Counted from the stretch's first letter, positions 28,744 to 39,854 are shown. The stretch is 64,000 nt of DNA from Armatimonadota bacterium (GCA_041690135.1 JAWLHY010000006.1:262337-326336); one strand, 5' to 3'. Translations and numbers: made by a program. Notes: generated by a model not told the origin, from the sequence alone.

Positions 28744-29838
28744 TTAGCTCTCCTCCATCGCTTCGATGAAGCGGTTGAACAGATAGGCGCTGTCGCGCGG
28801 GCCGGGGTTCGCTTCCGGATGGTACTGAATGGTGAATACCGGCAGCTCCCGGTGGCGCAGCCCCTCGACCGTTCCGTCGTTCAGGTTTACGTGGCTGACC
28901 TCCAACCCGCTCTTCTCCAGCCCCTCCGGATTGACGGCATAGCCGTGATTCTGGCTGGTGATATAGACGCGGTCCGTGGCCAGTTCCTTGACCGGGTGGT
29001 TGCCGCCCCGGTGTCCGAACGGCAGCTTGAAGGTCCCCGCACCGAACGCCTTTCCCACGATCTGGTTGCCCAGGCAAATCCCGAAGACCGGCCGGCCGCT
29101 GTGGATGAGGGTGCGGGCCGTGTCCACCACCCCGCCCAGGCGGTCCGGGTCGCCGGGACCGGGCGAGAAGGCGATGCCGTCGGGATTTCGCTCCAGGATC
29201 TCCTCGGCACGCGTAGTGCAGGGGAAGACGGTGGTACGCACCCCGCACTCGCCGAGCGCGCGCAGGATGTTGTACTTCACGCCGCAGTCGACCAGGCTCA
29301 CCTCCAGCACGCGGCCATCGGGGCGGGTCGCCGTGGGCTCCCACACGTAGGGTTCCGCCGTGGTCACCTTCTGCACGTAACTGATACTGCTGTAGTGCGG
29401 GCTCTCGCGCAGGCGCTGCAGGGCCGCTTCCGGCTCCAGCTCCGAGGAGATGAGCCCCATCATCACGCCCTGGACGCGCAGCCGACGGGTGAGGGCACGG
29501 GTGTCGATCCCCTGGATCCCCACGACGCCCTGGCGCGTGAGGAACGACTGTAGATCCTCCCCGCTGCGCCAGTTGCTGGGCGCCTCACAAAGCTGTTTGA
29601 TGATGAACCCGGAGGCCTGAATGCCCCGCGACTCGAAGTCCGCTTCCGTGACCCCATAGTTGCCGATGAGGGGATAGGTGAGGGTGAGGAGCTGCCCCGC
29701 GTACGAAGGGTCGCTCAACATCTCCTGGTAACCGGTCATGGAGGTGCTGAACACCACCTCGCCGGCTACCGTCCCCGGAGCTCCGATGGCCTGGCCTTCG
29801 AATACCGAGCCGTCTTCCAGAACCAGTAAACTACGCAT
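28744..29838 (-). CDS. carA: Carbamoyl-phosphate synthase small subunit
   Basis: LVLEDG, GEVVFSTSMTGYQE, SPGPGDP, GICLG, QNHGY, QYHPEA. Confidence 0.97.
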   Translation of the reverse strand: MRSLLVLEDGSVFEGQAIGAPGTVAGEVVFSTSMTGYQEMLSDPSYAGQLLTLTYPLIGNYGVTEADFESRGIQASGFIIKQLCEAPSNWRSGEDLQSFLTRQGVVGIQGIDTRALTRRLRVQGVMMGLISSELEPEAALQRLRESPHYSSISYVQKVTTAEPYVWEPTATRPDGRVLEVSLVDCGVKYNILRALGECGVRTTVFPCTTRAEEILERNPDGIAFSPGPGDPDRLGGVVDTARTLIHSGRPVFGICLGNQIVGKAFGAGTFKLPFGHRGGNHPVKELATDRVYITSQNHGYAVNPEGLEKSGLEVSHVNLNDGTVEGLRHRELPVFTIQYHPEANPGPRDSAYLFNRFIEAMEES

Positions 29839-31156
29839 CCAGTACGATCCCATCCCGCATCAAAACCCGGCCACCGGAAACGGTGGCGCAGGCGGCACCC
29901 TTCAATTCCCAACCCGCGAACGGCGTGTTCTTGCTCCGGCTGTAGAGCTTCTCCGGCTCCACCACGTACTCGCGGTCCAGGTCGAGGACCGTGACGTCGC
30001 CGGGCGCCCCCACCTGGAGCGTGCCCAGCAGCGGATGTACCCCCGCCGGCAGCCGGTAGCCATCGCCCTTCAGCACCGCCGCGGGGTGCGTCGAGAGCTT
30101 CGCAACCGCCTCCGACAGCGACACGACCCCCGGCCGGACCAGCTTATCCAGCGTGAGCGGCACCGCCGTTTCCAGCCCGACCATTCCGAACATCGCCAGG
30201 TCGAACTCGCATTCCTTCTCGTTCACCGCGTGCGGGGCGTGATCGGTGGCGATGCAATCGATCGTCCCGTCGGCCAGCCCCTCCAGCACGGCGGCCACGT
30301 CGTCCGCGCTGCGCAGCGGCGGATTCACCTTGGCCTGCGTGTTGTAGTTGAGGCAGGCCTCGTCCGTGAGGCAGAAGTGGTGGGGACACCCCTCCGCCGT
30401 GACCGGCAGCCCCTGCGCCTTCGCCCGGCGGACCAGATCCACCGACACCCGCGTGGAAACGTGGAGGATGTGCAGCCGGACCCCGGTGAGACGGCAAAGC
30501 TCGATATTCCGCGCCACATGGACATCTTCGGCCGCATTGGGGATTCCGCGGATGCCGAGGAGGGTGGAGACCGGCCCCTCGTTCATGTGGCCGCCTTCCG
30601 CCAGGGATTTGTCCTCGCAGTGGAGGGCCACCCCCCGGTGGAGCATCCGGGCGTACTCCATCGCCCGCCGCATCACCTCGGTGTCCTGGATCGGGAAGGC
30701 GTCATCCGAGAAGAGCGCGGCGCCGGCATCCGCCAGGCGGCCCATCTCGGCCAGCTCCTTGCCGGCATTCGCCTTCGTCATCGCGGCGAGCACGTGAACC
30801 TTCACGCCGACCGCGGCTTCCGTCTTGTCCTGGATCAGCCGCACGACGGAGGGATCGTCGATGGCCGGATCGGTGTTCGGCATGCAGCAGGCGTGTACGA
30901 ACCCACCCGCGGCGGCCGATTTCGCCCCGGTGGCGATCGTTTCCTTATACTCCTGTCCCGGTTCCCGCATGTGCACGTGCAGGTCGATGAAGCCGGGGCA
31001 GACGACGCGGTCCGACGCATCGAGGGTTTCGTGGTTGCCCGCCGCCAGGCCGCGCTCGACGGCGACGACGTGGCCCGCCTCGATGAGCACGTCGGCTTCG
31101 CGGTCCAGGTTTTGCGACGGGTCGATCACCCGCCCGTTTTTGATCAGAAGTCCCAT
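29831..31156 (-). CDS. pyrC: Dihydroorotase (type I)
   Basis: PGFIDLHVHMREPG, MPNT, HCED, KVNPPLR, IATDHAPH. Confidence 0.96.
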   Translation of the reverse strand: MGLLIKNGRVIDPSQNLDREADVLIEAGHVVAVERGLAAGNHETLDASDRVVCPGFIDLHVHMREPGQEYKETIATGAKSAAAGGFVHACCMPNTDPAIDDPSVVRLIQDKTEAAVGVKVHVLAAMTKANAGKELAEMGRLADAGAALFSDDAFPIQDTEVMRRAMEYARMLHRGVALHCEDKSLAEGGHMNEGPVSTLLGIRGIPNAAEDVHVARNIELCRLTGVRLHILHVSTRVSVDLVRRAKAQGLPVTAEGCPHHFCLTDEACLNYNTQAKVNPPLRSADDVAAVLEGLADGTIDCIATDHAPHAVNEKECEFDLAMFGMVGLETAVPLTLDKLVRPGVVSLSEAVAKLSTHPAAVLKGDGYRLPAGVHPLLGTLQVGAPGDVTVLDLDREYVVEPEKLYSRSKNTPFAGWELKGAACATVSGGRVLMRDGIVLDA

Positions 31157-31215
31157 TGTTTTGGATTAGGACAAGCGAAGATAAAGATAAGGATAAAGAC
31201 AAAGACCAACCAGGG

Positions 31216-32855
<1,640 letters not shown>

Positions 32856-33565
32856 CCAAACCTATCGTCTGCTCAGTCTATCACGGCGATGGGGTGCATG
32901 CGAAGGGTTCGTGCTGCAATTGCGTGCCTTGATTTCGACACAGAGGGGCACAGAGGAGGCCGAGAAGGAACACAGAATTCGGAACCGGGATGGACACGGA
33001 GGACACGGATCGGACGGATGGGCACGGACGACTGCGGTTGGGGTGGTCTCTCGCAAATCCATCACCCGCACACGGGTACCCGACCCGAACCGGGGGCGCA
33101 AAGATACCCAAAGGACTATAAAGGGAGCGAAGGGTGCGGACCTGGTTTAGGAACAGCTTGCAGGGGTTTCATGGTGCGCGTGGGAGCCGGTTTGGGAATC
33201 TCGCAGAACACGGAACGGGAGGAAAAGGTAGCACAGGGCCTCGTGCCCGTTGGTTACGGTACGCACAGACGATAGTGGTGGTGCCGCCTAATGACGGGGA
33301 GCCCGTGATGGTTGCGGAGGACGCCTGACGGGTAGCGGTGCTCTATCCGGCGGCGGAGCACACCCAGTTGCGCGGTGGATTGGGGAACGCAGAGGGCGCA
33401 GAGAGTGTGAAGCGCGCAAAGGGGGACAAGGACGGGATGGGTGCGGGAGTGGAGGGGAGTTCGTTTCGCAACTTCTGTGTTGCATACCTTCCGCCGAAAT
33501 CCGCCGATCTTTCCCGGCACCCGCGCCGCGAGGGTGAGTTCGTTTCGCAGCTATCGAGTACGGAA

Positions 33566-33759
33566 GGCTGTAGGGGAGCGGTCGCTGTCCCTTCCCCAGA
33601 GCGTGTTCACGCACCCGTCGTCCAACCGTGAGGGAGGGTCGGCCACCCCGCGGCTGACGAAAAGTCCGCTGACTGGGTAAGGGCTTCCGCCCTTTCGGCC
33701 CCCTCCCCCAATCCTGGGGGTGACTGCACCCCACGACGCTGGCCGCTCCACCCGAAGCC
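33566..33759 (+). ncRNA. Candidate ~195-nt structured non-coding RNA (unassigned; 6S-sized)
   Basis: Nested helices 33575-83/33741-49, 33616-21/33733-38, 33632-44/33697-707 plus local hairpins, in a gene-free region. Confidence 0.4.
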
Positions 33760-34113
33760 GGACGGGAATCCGGACGAGCTTTCCGGTTTGCCCGCGGCGC
33801 ATGCGTCCGTATGGAAACACGCGGAATGGCGCGGAAGAAGGAAGGAACGTGAAGATTGGCCCACTCCGTGTGTGGGGAAAGTTCCGCCACCCCGCGGGTG
33901 GCAAAAGTTCCGGCTTCCGGGTTCCGCCACTTCGCAGGAGGCAAAACCTTCGAGGCTCGACTGCCCACTGCCCACTGCCCACTGCCTTCTGGGATTGCCC
34001 GGTAACCAGTTTACCAGGAGATCGAAGGCAATACAAATACATGTTTGATATTCTTTGGTGGGCGGGCCGGGCGGCGAGGGTTGGATGGTGCGGGTTCGCG
34101 AAGTACGGACGGT

Positions 34114-34236
34114 GGCGCGCTGGAGAGCCGGGATACGCTGAACAGCGAGAAGAGGCCGACGACGCTTACCGTCCCCCTTACCCGCAGAGCGCATTTCCGG
34201 ACGCTGAGAGAGGTGGTAGGAAATGTACCCACTGGT
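34114..34236 (+). pseudogene. Degenerate remnant homologous to the 5' part of the beta-helix gene at 36043
   Basis: 34114-46 matches 36103-35 at 31/33 nt; GALESRDTLNS..TLTV..AHFRTL versus GAPESRDTLNS..TLTV..AQFRTL. Confidence 0.7.
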
Positions 34237-34330
34237 AGCTACGAATTCTCCCGTCTATGACCCCAGGCAGCCGCAACTTTGGGCGCCATACCCCGTTAGG
34301 CAAGCAGAGTAGAGCCCTGGGGGAGGCGCC

Positions 34331-35581
34331 ATGCGAGCAACCGGCTACACAGGATTCGTCGCCATCGCCCTCGTGTTGACGGCGGCTGCCGCTCCGGCCC
34401 AGGAGAGATCCAGGACAGAGCCTCGGTCATCGGTCTACCGGCAGCTCTTCCCTCGTCCCACCGGCAAGAACGGCTATGAGGAGTTGATCCTGGCAGGCGA
34501 GACCGCCCGTGCGAGTAAGCTCTACCTCCGGGCCGAGGGTGCCTTGCCCACGGATCCGGAAGGGCGGAGCCTCGCCTTCAAGCGTCGAGTGCTGAAGGAC
34601 CCCCCGGTAGTGAAAGCGCTCGCGCTGATCCGACAAGGATTGGCGAAATCGATCTTCCCATCGCGAAGGACGGCAGGCTCGGATACCGGCATCCAGCAGA
34701 TGCGCCCACTGCACACCGTGCGGCGGCTGCTGGCCCTACAGCAGTACGTGCTGCTGGCGGACGGGCACGTCTCGGAGGCGATTCTCGTGGCGCGGCAGGG
34801 ACTGCGTATCGGGCAGGTCCTCTACACGGACCCGCAGATCACGGGACTGCTGGGAATCAACATCGCCACGGGTTCTCTTCGCACCCTCGCCAGCCACCTG
34901 GACCAGCTCTCCGCACGGGATTGCGAACAGCTCTTCCAGGTCTGTGTGGAGTGGCTCCGGCAACCAGATCCACAAGTCGGCGAGATGGCCGAAGCACGGC
35001 GGTTCCAGCGGACCTATGTAATGTCAGTCCGCGAGAAGCTCACCCAAGGGGGCCTGGCAGCGCTCAATGAACTCCAGGTGTACGACGAGGAGATTCCGGA
35101 CGAGGTGGAAAGCGCCCTGGCAGGTTCCCCGCGGGTGTTGGATGAGTTGTACCGGCAGGTAGAGCAGCGTCTCGACCAGATCTACGCTCACAACCTGGCG
35201 CAGTTCAGCAAACCGCCCTGGGAACGAAACTGGGATTTCCCCCCGGACGATGGTAGTCCTGCAGCGCAACTCGTTGCCCTGATCCATTCACCCTACGAGG
35301 AGTTATCCGACGCCTACACCCGGGGCAGTGCCTCCATCCAATTGTTCGCCTGTCACTGCGCCGTCCTCCGCCATCGCTGGGAGCACCACCGGGTTCCAGC
35401 CAGTCTTACAGAGTTGCAACTGGGGAGGTTAACCGTTGATCCGTTCACGGGAGAGCCCTTCCCCTATGAGACCCAAGGCAGGAGCTATCGTCTCACGAGC
35501 GCCGGACCTACCGCCGACGAAGATGACCCCAAGGCGGTAAATGGTCGCGTTCCATTCACCATCGTGCCTGGAGACTCATGA
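34331..35581 (+). CDS. Secreted hypothetical helical protein
   Basis: RBS GGGAGG, signal peptide, 416-aa ORF; C-terminal DPFTGEPFPY..YRLTSAGP resembles GspG-like C-termini. Confidence 0.75.
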   Translation: MRATGYTGFVAIALVLTAAAAPAQERSRTEPRSSVYRQLFPRPTGKNGYEELILAGETARASKLYLRAEGALPTDPEGRSLAFKRRVLKDPPVVKALALIRQGLAKSIFPSRRTAGSDTGIQQMRPLHTVRRLLALQQYVLLADGHVSEAILVARQGLRIGQVLYTDPQITGLLGINIATGSLRTLASHLDQLSARDCEQLFQVCVEWLRQPDPQVGEMAEARRFQRTYVMSVREKLTQGGLAALNELQVYDEEIPDEVESALAGSPRVLDELYRQVEQRLDQIYAHNLAQFSKPPWERNWDFPPDDGSPAAQLVALIHSPYEELSDAYTRGSASIQLFACHCAVLRHRWEHHRVPASLTELQLGRLTVDPFTGEPFPYETQGRSYRLTSAGPTADEDDPKAVNGRVPFTIVPGDS

Positions 35582-35937
35582 AATTGCGAAGGCATGAGCT
35601 GCGAGTCACTCATGCGCTGCTTCAGAGGGTTACCCGACGCCCCGCTCACGGGTCCGGCGCACCATGCTTTTGGACGCTCCGACCGACCATTGAGGAGCCG
35701 CGGACCTATCCGTGCGGTCAGTACCTCCAGTGGCTTCTGCAAGCCCGAGCGGCGCTCCGTCGGCCTTGGTGACAGGTGCAGGGAAGGATGGATGATGGCA
35801 AAAGGATGAAGGATGAATTACAAAGCCCGCTGTGGAGGTGAGGCTGATACGCCGGAGTACCAGCGTGCTCCGCATCGGCGGTGCGCTAGAGGTGGTGCTT
35901 GACGGCTAGGGGTCTGCCAAGCAATCACCGCTACAGT

Positions 35938-35992
35938 TGGGCGAGTGAACTCGCGGCTACATAAGGCGAAGCCGACCTACGTCGGCTGGGAA
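35938..35992. repeat. 55-bp REP-like element, copy 1 (GTAG-type)
   Basis: 53/55 identical to the reverse complement of 47344-47398; two hairpins GCGAGT-GA-ACTCGC and GCCGAC-CTAC-GTCGGC. Confidence 0.85.
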
Positions 35993-36042
35993 CGATATAG
36001 CGGTTATTCCTTGGCGTTTCCAAAGTGATTTGAGGAGTGGCG

Positions 36043-37923
36043 ATGAGGGGTCTTCCAATCCTGGCCGCGATGGCGGTGCTGTTCCTGGCCGGTGCCTCCG
36101 CGGGCGCGCCGGAAAGCCGGGATACGCTGAACAGCATCCGCGGGAAGAAGAAGCCGCCGGCGATACCCGCCGCGAAGGGGGCTCGTCCTCGTCCGACCGC
36201 CCAGGCGCCGGTCCGGAAGCCGGCGCCGGCGCCGGTCCGCCGCGCCACGACGCCGAAGAAGGCGACACCCAAGCCGCCACCCACGCTCACCGTCTCCCCT
36301 CTCGGGGGCGCGCAGTTCCGGACGCTGGGCGATGCGCTGAAGAAGGCGCCCGCCGGAGCCCGGATCGTGGTGCGCGGGGGGCTGTACCGGGAGAGCCTGG
36401 TCCTGGCGCGGCCGGTGGAGATCCTGCCTGCGGGAGCCACGGAGGAGATCATCGTGGAGAGCGCCGGGCGGCCCTGCCTGACGATGCAGACAGACCAGGC
36501 GCGCGTGCGGGGGCTTACCCTCCGGTTGAAAGCGGGAGACGAGACGACGGAGTACGCAGTCGAAATCCCGAAGGGGCGGCTGATAATGGAGGCGTGTGAG
36601 GTCGCCTCCGGGTTGAAGGCGGCCGTGCACGTCCATGGTCAGGGGGCGGACCCCTTCCTTCGCAAGTGCCGGATCCGGCAGAGCGGGCAGGACGGTGTGC
36701 TGGTGACGGACGGCGCGCGGGTGACGCTGGACGAGTGCGAGATCTTCGGCAACGGCGGGCACGGGGTGTCCGCGCTCCGGGGCGCGAAGCCTTCGCTGCG
36801 GGGCTGCAAGGTGCGGGAGAACCGGGGCGACGGACTGCGGTTCGCGGAAAGGTCCGAGGGCGCGGCGGAAGATTGCAAGGTGTTCGGCAACGGCGCGGAG
36901 GGAATCTCCCTCCTGCAGGGCAGCAACCCGATTTTGCGGAGGGTCCAGGCTTACCGCAACCGCGGGACCGGTGTGTTCGTAGGTGGGGACAGCCAGGGCA
37001 CGCTGGAGCGGTGCGACCTGCGGGAAAACGGCAACTGGGGATTGGCGGTCAATGGCGGCCGGCCGGTGGTGTTCCGCACCCGCATCCACCACAACCCCAA
37101 TGGCGCCCTGTTCTCCCAAAAGAGCCGCGGCAGCATGGATCACTGCGAGTTGGATGCGAACGGCGCGGTCGGCGTGCGGGTGGAGCAGGAGAGTGACCCC
37201 ATCCTCCGCAACTGCCGGGTCCGGGAGACCCGGGGCGGCGGGATCACCTTCCAGGGGAAAGGGACCCGGGGCACCCTGATCGACTGCGAGGTAGCGGGCA
37301 GCGAGGAATGGGAATGCGTGGGCGCCGGCACCGGCAGTGCTCCCGTGCTCCGGCGCTGCCGGATCCGCGGCGGCAAGAAGCACGGGGTGGTGGTCGCCCA
37401 CGGCGCGAACGCCACGCTGGAAGAGTGCGACGTCCACGACAACGCCGGCTCCAACGTCCACCTGGCAAAGGAAGGACAGGCCACCCTGCTGCGCTGCAAG
37501 CTGTACCGCGCGGGCGAGGCCGGCCTGTGGATGATCGACGGCGCCACCGCCCTGGTGGATGGCTGCAGCCTGTATGAAAACGCAGCCGCCGGGATGGTGA
37601 TCCGGCGCCAGGCACGGCCCGTGGTCCGCAACAGCCGCATTTACCAGAACCCGGGCGACGGCCTCCACTTCAGCGAGAACGGAATGGGGACCGTGGAAGG
37701 GTGCGAGGTCTACGCCAACGGTACGTCCGGCGTGGGGATCGTCCGGGGCTCCAACCCCACCCTCCGGAAGTGCCGGATCTACGAGGGCCGCAAAGACGGG
37801 CTGGCGGTGGCGCAGAACGGTCGCGGATTGCTCGAGGAGTGCGAGATCTTCGGCAACGCCGGCCGGAACGTGAACACGTGGGACGGGGGGCAGCCGAAGC
37901 TGGTCAGGTGCCAGGTCGAGTGA
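36043..37923 (+). CDS. Secreted right-handed parallel beta-helix repeat protein
   Basis: RBS GAGGAG, signal peptide, P/A/K linker, FRTLGDAL..GGLYRE, many repeats of type CxIxxNxxxGv. Confidence 0.88.
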   Translation: MRGLPILAAMAVLFLAGASAGAPESRDTLNSIRGKKKPPAIPAAKGARPRPTAQAPVRKPAPAPVRRATTPKKATPKPPPTLTVSPLGGAQFRTLGDALKKAPAGARIVVRGGLYRESLVLARPVEILPAGATEEIIVESAGRPCLTMQTDQARVRGLTLRLKAGDETTEYAVEIPKGRLIMEACEVASGLKAAVHVHGQGADPFLRKCRIRQSGQDGVLVTDGARVTLDECEIFGNGGHGVSALRGAKPSLRGCKVRENRGDGLRFAERSEGAAEDCKVFGNGAEGISLLQGSNPILRRVQAYRNRGTGVFVGGDSQGTLERCDLRENGNWGLAVNGGRPVVFRTRIHHNPNGALFSQKSRGSMDHCELDANGAVGVRVEQESDPILRNCRVRETRGGGITFQGKGTRGTLIDCEVAGSEEWECVGAGTGSAPVLRRCRIRGGKKHGVVVAHGANATLEECDVHDNAGSNVHLAKEGQATLLRCKLYRAGEAGLWMIDGATALVDGCSLYENAAAGMVIRRQARPVVRNSRIYQNPGDGLHFSENGMGTVEGCEVYANGTSGVGIVRGSNPTLRKCRIYEGRKDGLAVAQNGRGLLEECEIFGNAGRNVNTWDGGQPKLVRCQVE

Positions 37924-37936
37924 GTTGAAAGTTGAA

Positions 37937-38017
37937 GGTTGGAAGCCCCCCGCGGGGGCCAGGGGTTGGAAGCCCCCCGCGGGGGCCAGGGGTTGGAAGC
38001 CCCCCGCGGGGGCCAGG
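37937..38017. repeat. Three identical tandem 27-bp palindromic units
   Basis: GGTTGGAAGCCCCCCGCGGGGGCCAGG x3, flanked on both sides by GTTGAAAGTTGAAGGTT. Confidence 0.9.
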
Positions 38018-38384
38018 GGTTGAAAGTTGAAGGTTGGGGCGAGGTTCCGGATAGCGTCCGCCCTGGGGGCACCCGGCTCTGGCTGCTTCCGGAAGCAGGC
38101 CAGTTGGACCCGCCGGACCTCCTGCGCTTCCGCACTCGCAGACTCCCCAAGCGGCCCTGGGCCAACGGATCGAAGCCCGCTTCGTGCGGCAGGAGGAAGC
38201 GGAAAAAAGCGGAAGCCGCCCGACCCGTACAGCACCCCCGACATCGCTGCTCGTCATTTCGAGATCGCCGGTCCGTGGTCGAAGCGAACCTTCCGGCTCC
38301 AACGGCCCACCAATCGCCTGACGGGAAACAACGGGTTCAGTCGGCGCTCCAAAGTCGGAGCGCCGCCCGCTTGGGAGGTGAGAA

Positions 38385-39581
38385 ATGGTGCAGCCAAGAG
38401 GTCGCCTGGGGGTCCTGATCGCCGGACTGCTCCCCCTCCTATCAGCAGCCGCGACGTCGGAAGCCGCCAGCAAAGGGTCGGGGGGTCCTCACGCGGTGTC
38501 GATTGCCCGACGCCCTCCGCGGGAGGCGCCCCGGACTGCCTGGGAGCAGGAGTTTCCCGGCGCCTCGCGGGTGCGTCTCGTCGCCGCCAGGGGAGGTCGG
38601 GTGCTCCTGCAATCCGGCTACCCCTCCGGACCGGAAGGCGACCAATGGACGTGGCGACTCCACAGCGTGGAACTGGAGAGCGGTAAAGAGCACTGGCGCC
38701 GCGAGGCTTCGGCATGGTTTGCCCCCTTAGTTGATGCGGGGCGTCTCTACCTCCTTCAAACGAGCGCGCTCCTAGCGCTGGATTGGGGGACGGGCCGGAA
38801 GCTGTGGAGCACGCCGGCCAAAGGTGACCTGAGTCACCCGCTCCTGGCCCGGAACGGCCGCGTCTTCTATCGGGAGCGCGGCGGTGCGGTGGTGGCGGCC
38901 GACGGTGCCGGCGGACATCAACTTTGGGGTCTCGCGCCGCCCCGGGAGTTTGCCCGCTTCCATCCACTGGCGATCGCTTCCGACTGCCTCTACCTCCAGA
39001 GGACCGGGGCCGAAGGACACTACCTGGCGGCTCTCGACCCGGCGACCGGAACGGCGGTGCAGGAAGTCCGTCTGGAGCGAGGGGAAGACCTGGATTACGT
39101 CGTTACCGCTCTCCACTGGGCTCCAGAGCAGCGTCGGTTCTTCCTGCAGGAAGTGAAGACCGGCGCGGGCATCGACTTCCGCAGCCTCCGTGCGCTGCGG
39201 CCGGACCTGACGGAGGTGTGGCGGCGGGAGCACCTCGGCAGATTCGCCCTCGCCGAGGGGGTTCTGGTCTGCGAGGCCTGGAAAAACGTCCATAACGAGC
39301 GGCAGGGGCTCATGGCTTTGGACGCGGGCAACGGGCGCGTTCTGTGGGAACGTACGGAGAAGGGGCAGGAGGGGCATAGCGTCATCGGCACTCTGGGAAA
39401 TACCGTCGTAATCGCACAGGAGCACGGAAAGCTGCGCGGTCTTCAGCCCCGAACCGGCCGCGAAGTCTGGTCGCTGTCCGTCCCGTTCACCCACGTCCGG
39501 GCTGCCGGAGATACCCTTCTCGTCTTTTCGGACGGCGAGGCGGGGAAACTCGCCCGCGTTTCCGCCCTTACCAGGCCCTAA
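38385..39581 (+). CDS. Secreted PQQ-like (BamB-type) beta-propeller protein
   Basis: Signal peptide; repeated ALDxxTGxxxW motifs. Confidence 0.85.
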   Translation: MVQPRGRLGVLIAGLLPLLSAAATSEAASKGSGGPHAVSIARRPPREAPRTAWEQEFPGASRVRLVAARGGRVLLQSGYPSGPEGDQWTWRLHSVELESGKEHWRREASAWFAPLVDAGRLYLLQTSALLALDWGTGRKLWSTPAKGDLSHPLLARNGRVFYRERGGAVVAADGAGGHQLWGLAPPREFARFHPLAIASDCLYLQRTGAEGHYLAALDPATGTAVQEVRLERGEDLDYVVTALHWAPEQRRFFLQEVKTGAGIDFRSLRALRPDLTEVWRREHLGRFALAEGVLVCEAWKNVHNERQGLMALDAGNGRVLWERTEKGQEGHSVIGTLGNTVVIAQEHGKLRGLQPRTGREVWSLSVPFTHVRAAGDTLLVFSDGEAGKLARVSALTRP

Positions 39582-39854
39582 TGGTGACCTCAGTTCCCTT
39601 GCCCGCGCGTTGCGAACGAGATTGGGAGGCCGCGCATCGCCGTATCCGAACGGACGGGATGCGATCACACCGCCGCCGCGCATGCCGGACTTCCCGGTCC
39701 TGCCGTCCCCCCAATTGACGGGTTCGGCCGGGGTGGGATCCCTCATACGGATCACTCGGTTTCCCACTTACCAACACGCTTGACGAGCAGGCTAACCCGA
39801 TATAGGCTGTACGTACTCTGTCGTTCACCTTCTATCTCCAACCGAGGTTACGCA

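Noticed and set aside
33560-33800. RNase P RNA, cobalamin or c-di-GMP riboswitch, or group II intron 3' end
   Set aside because: Only fragments resemble these (GAAAAGTCC, GGGAATCCGG, GGCAAACC, TACTCGAT); the remaining conserved cores, such as RNase P P4 partners and intron domain V, are missing.
33881-33930. tRNA or tRNA-Sec 3' ends (TTCCGCCA)
   Set aside because: No T-arm GTTCRA and no cloverleaf upstream.
34034-34047. LexA/SOS box (CAAATACATGTTTG)
   Set aside because: Several mismatches to GAAC-N4-GTTC and no SOS gene downstream.
32862-34048. Short ORFs in the pyrR upstream region
   Set aside because: They overlap simple repeats, lack RBS or family motifs and conflict between strands; treated as non-coding.
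37937-38017. CRISPR array
   Set aside because: The 27-bp units are directly adjacent with no unique spacers, and no cas genes are in the window.
36004-38244. 746-aa minus-strand ORF
   Set aside because: Antisense shadow of the beta-helix gene, as expected at high GC; no recognisable motifs.
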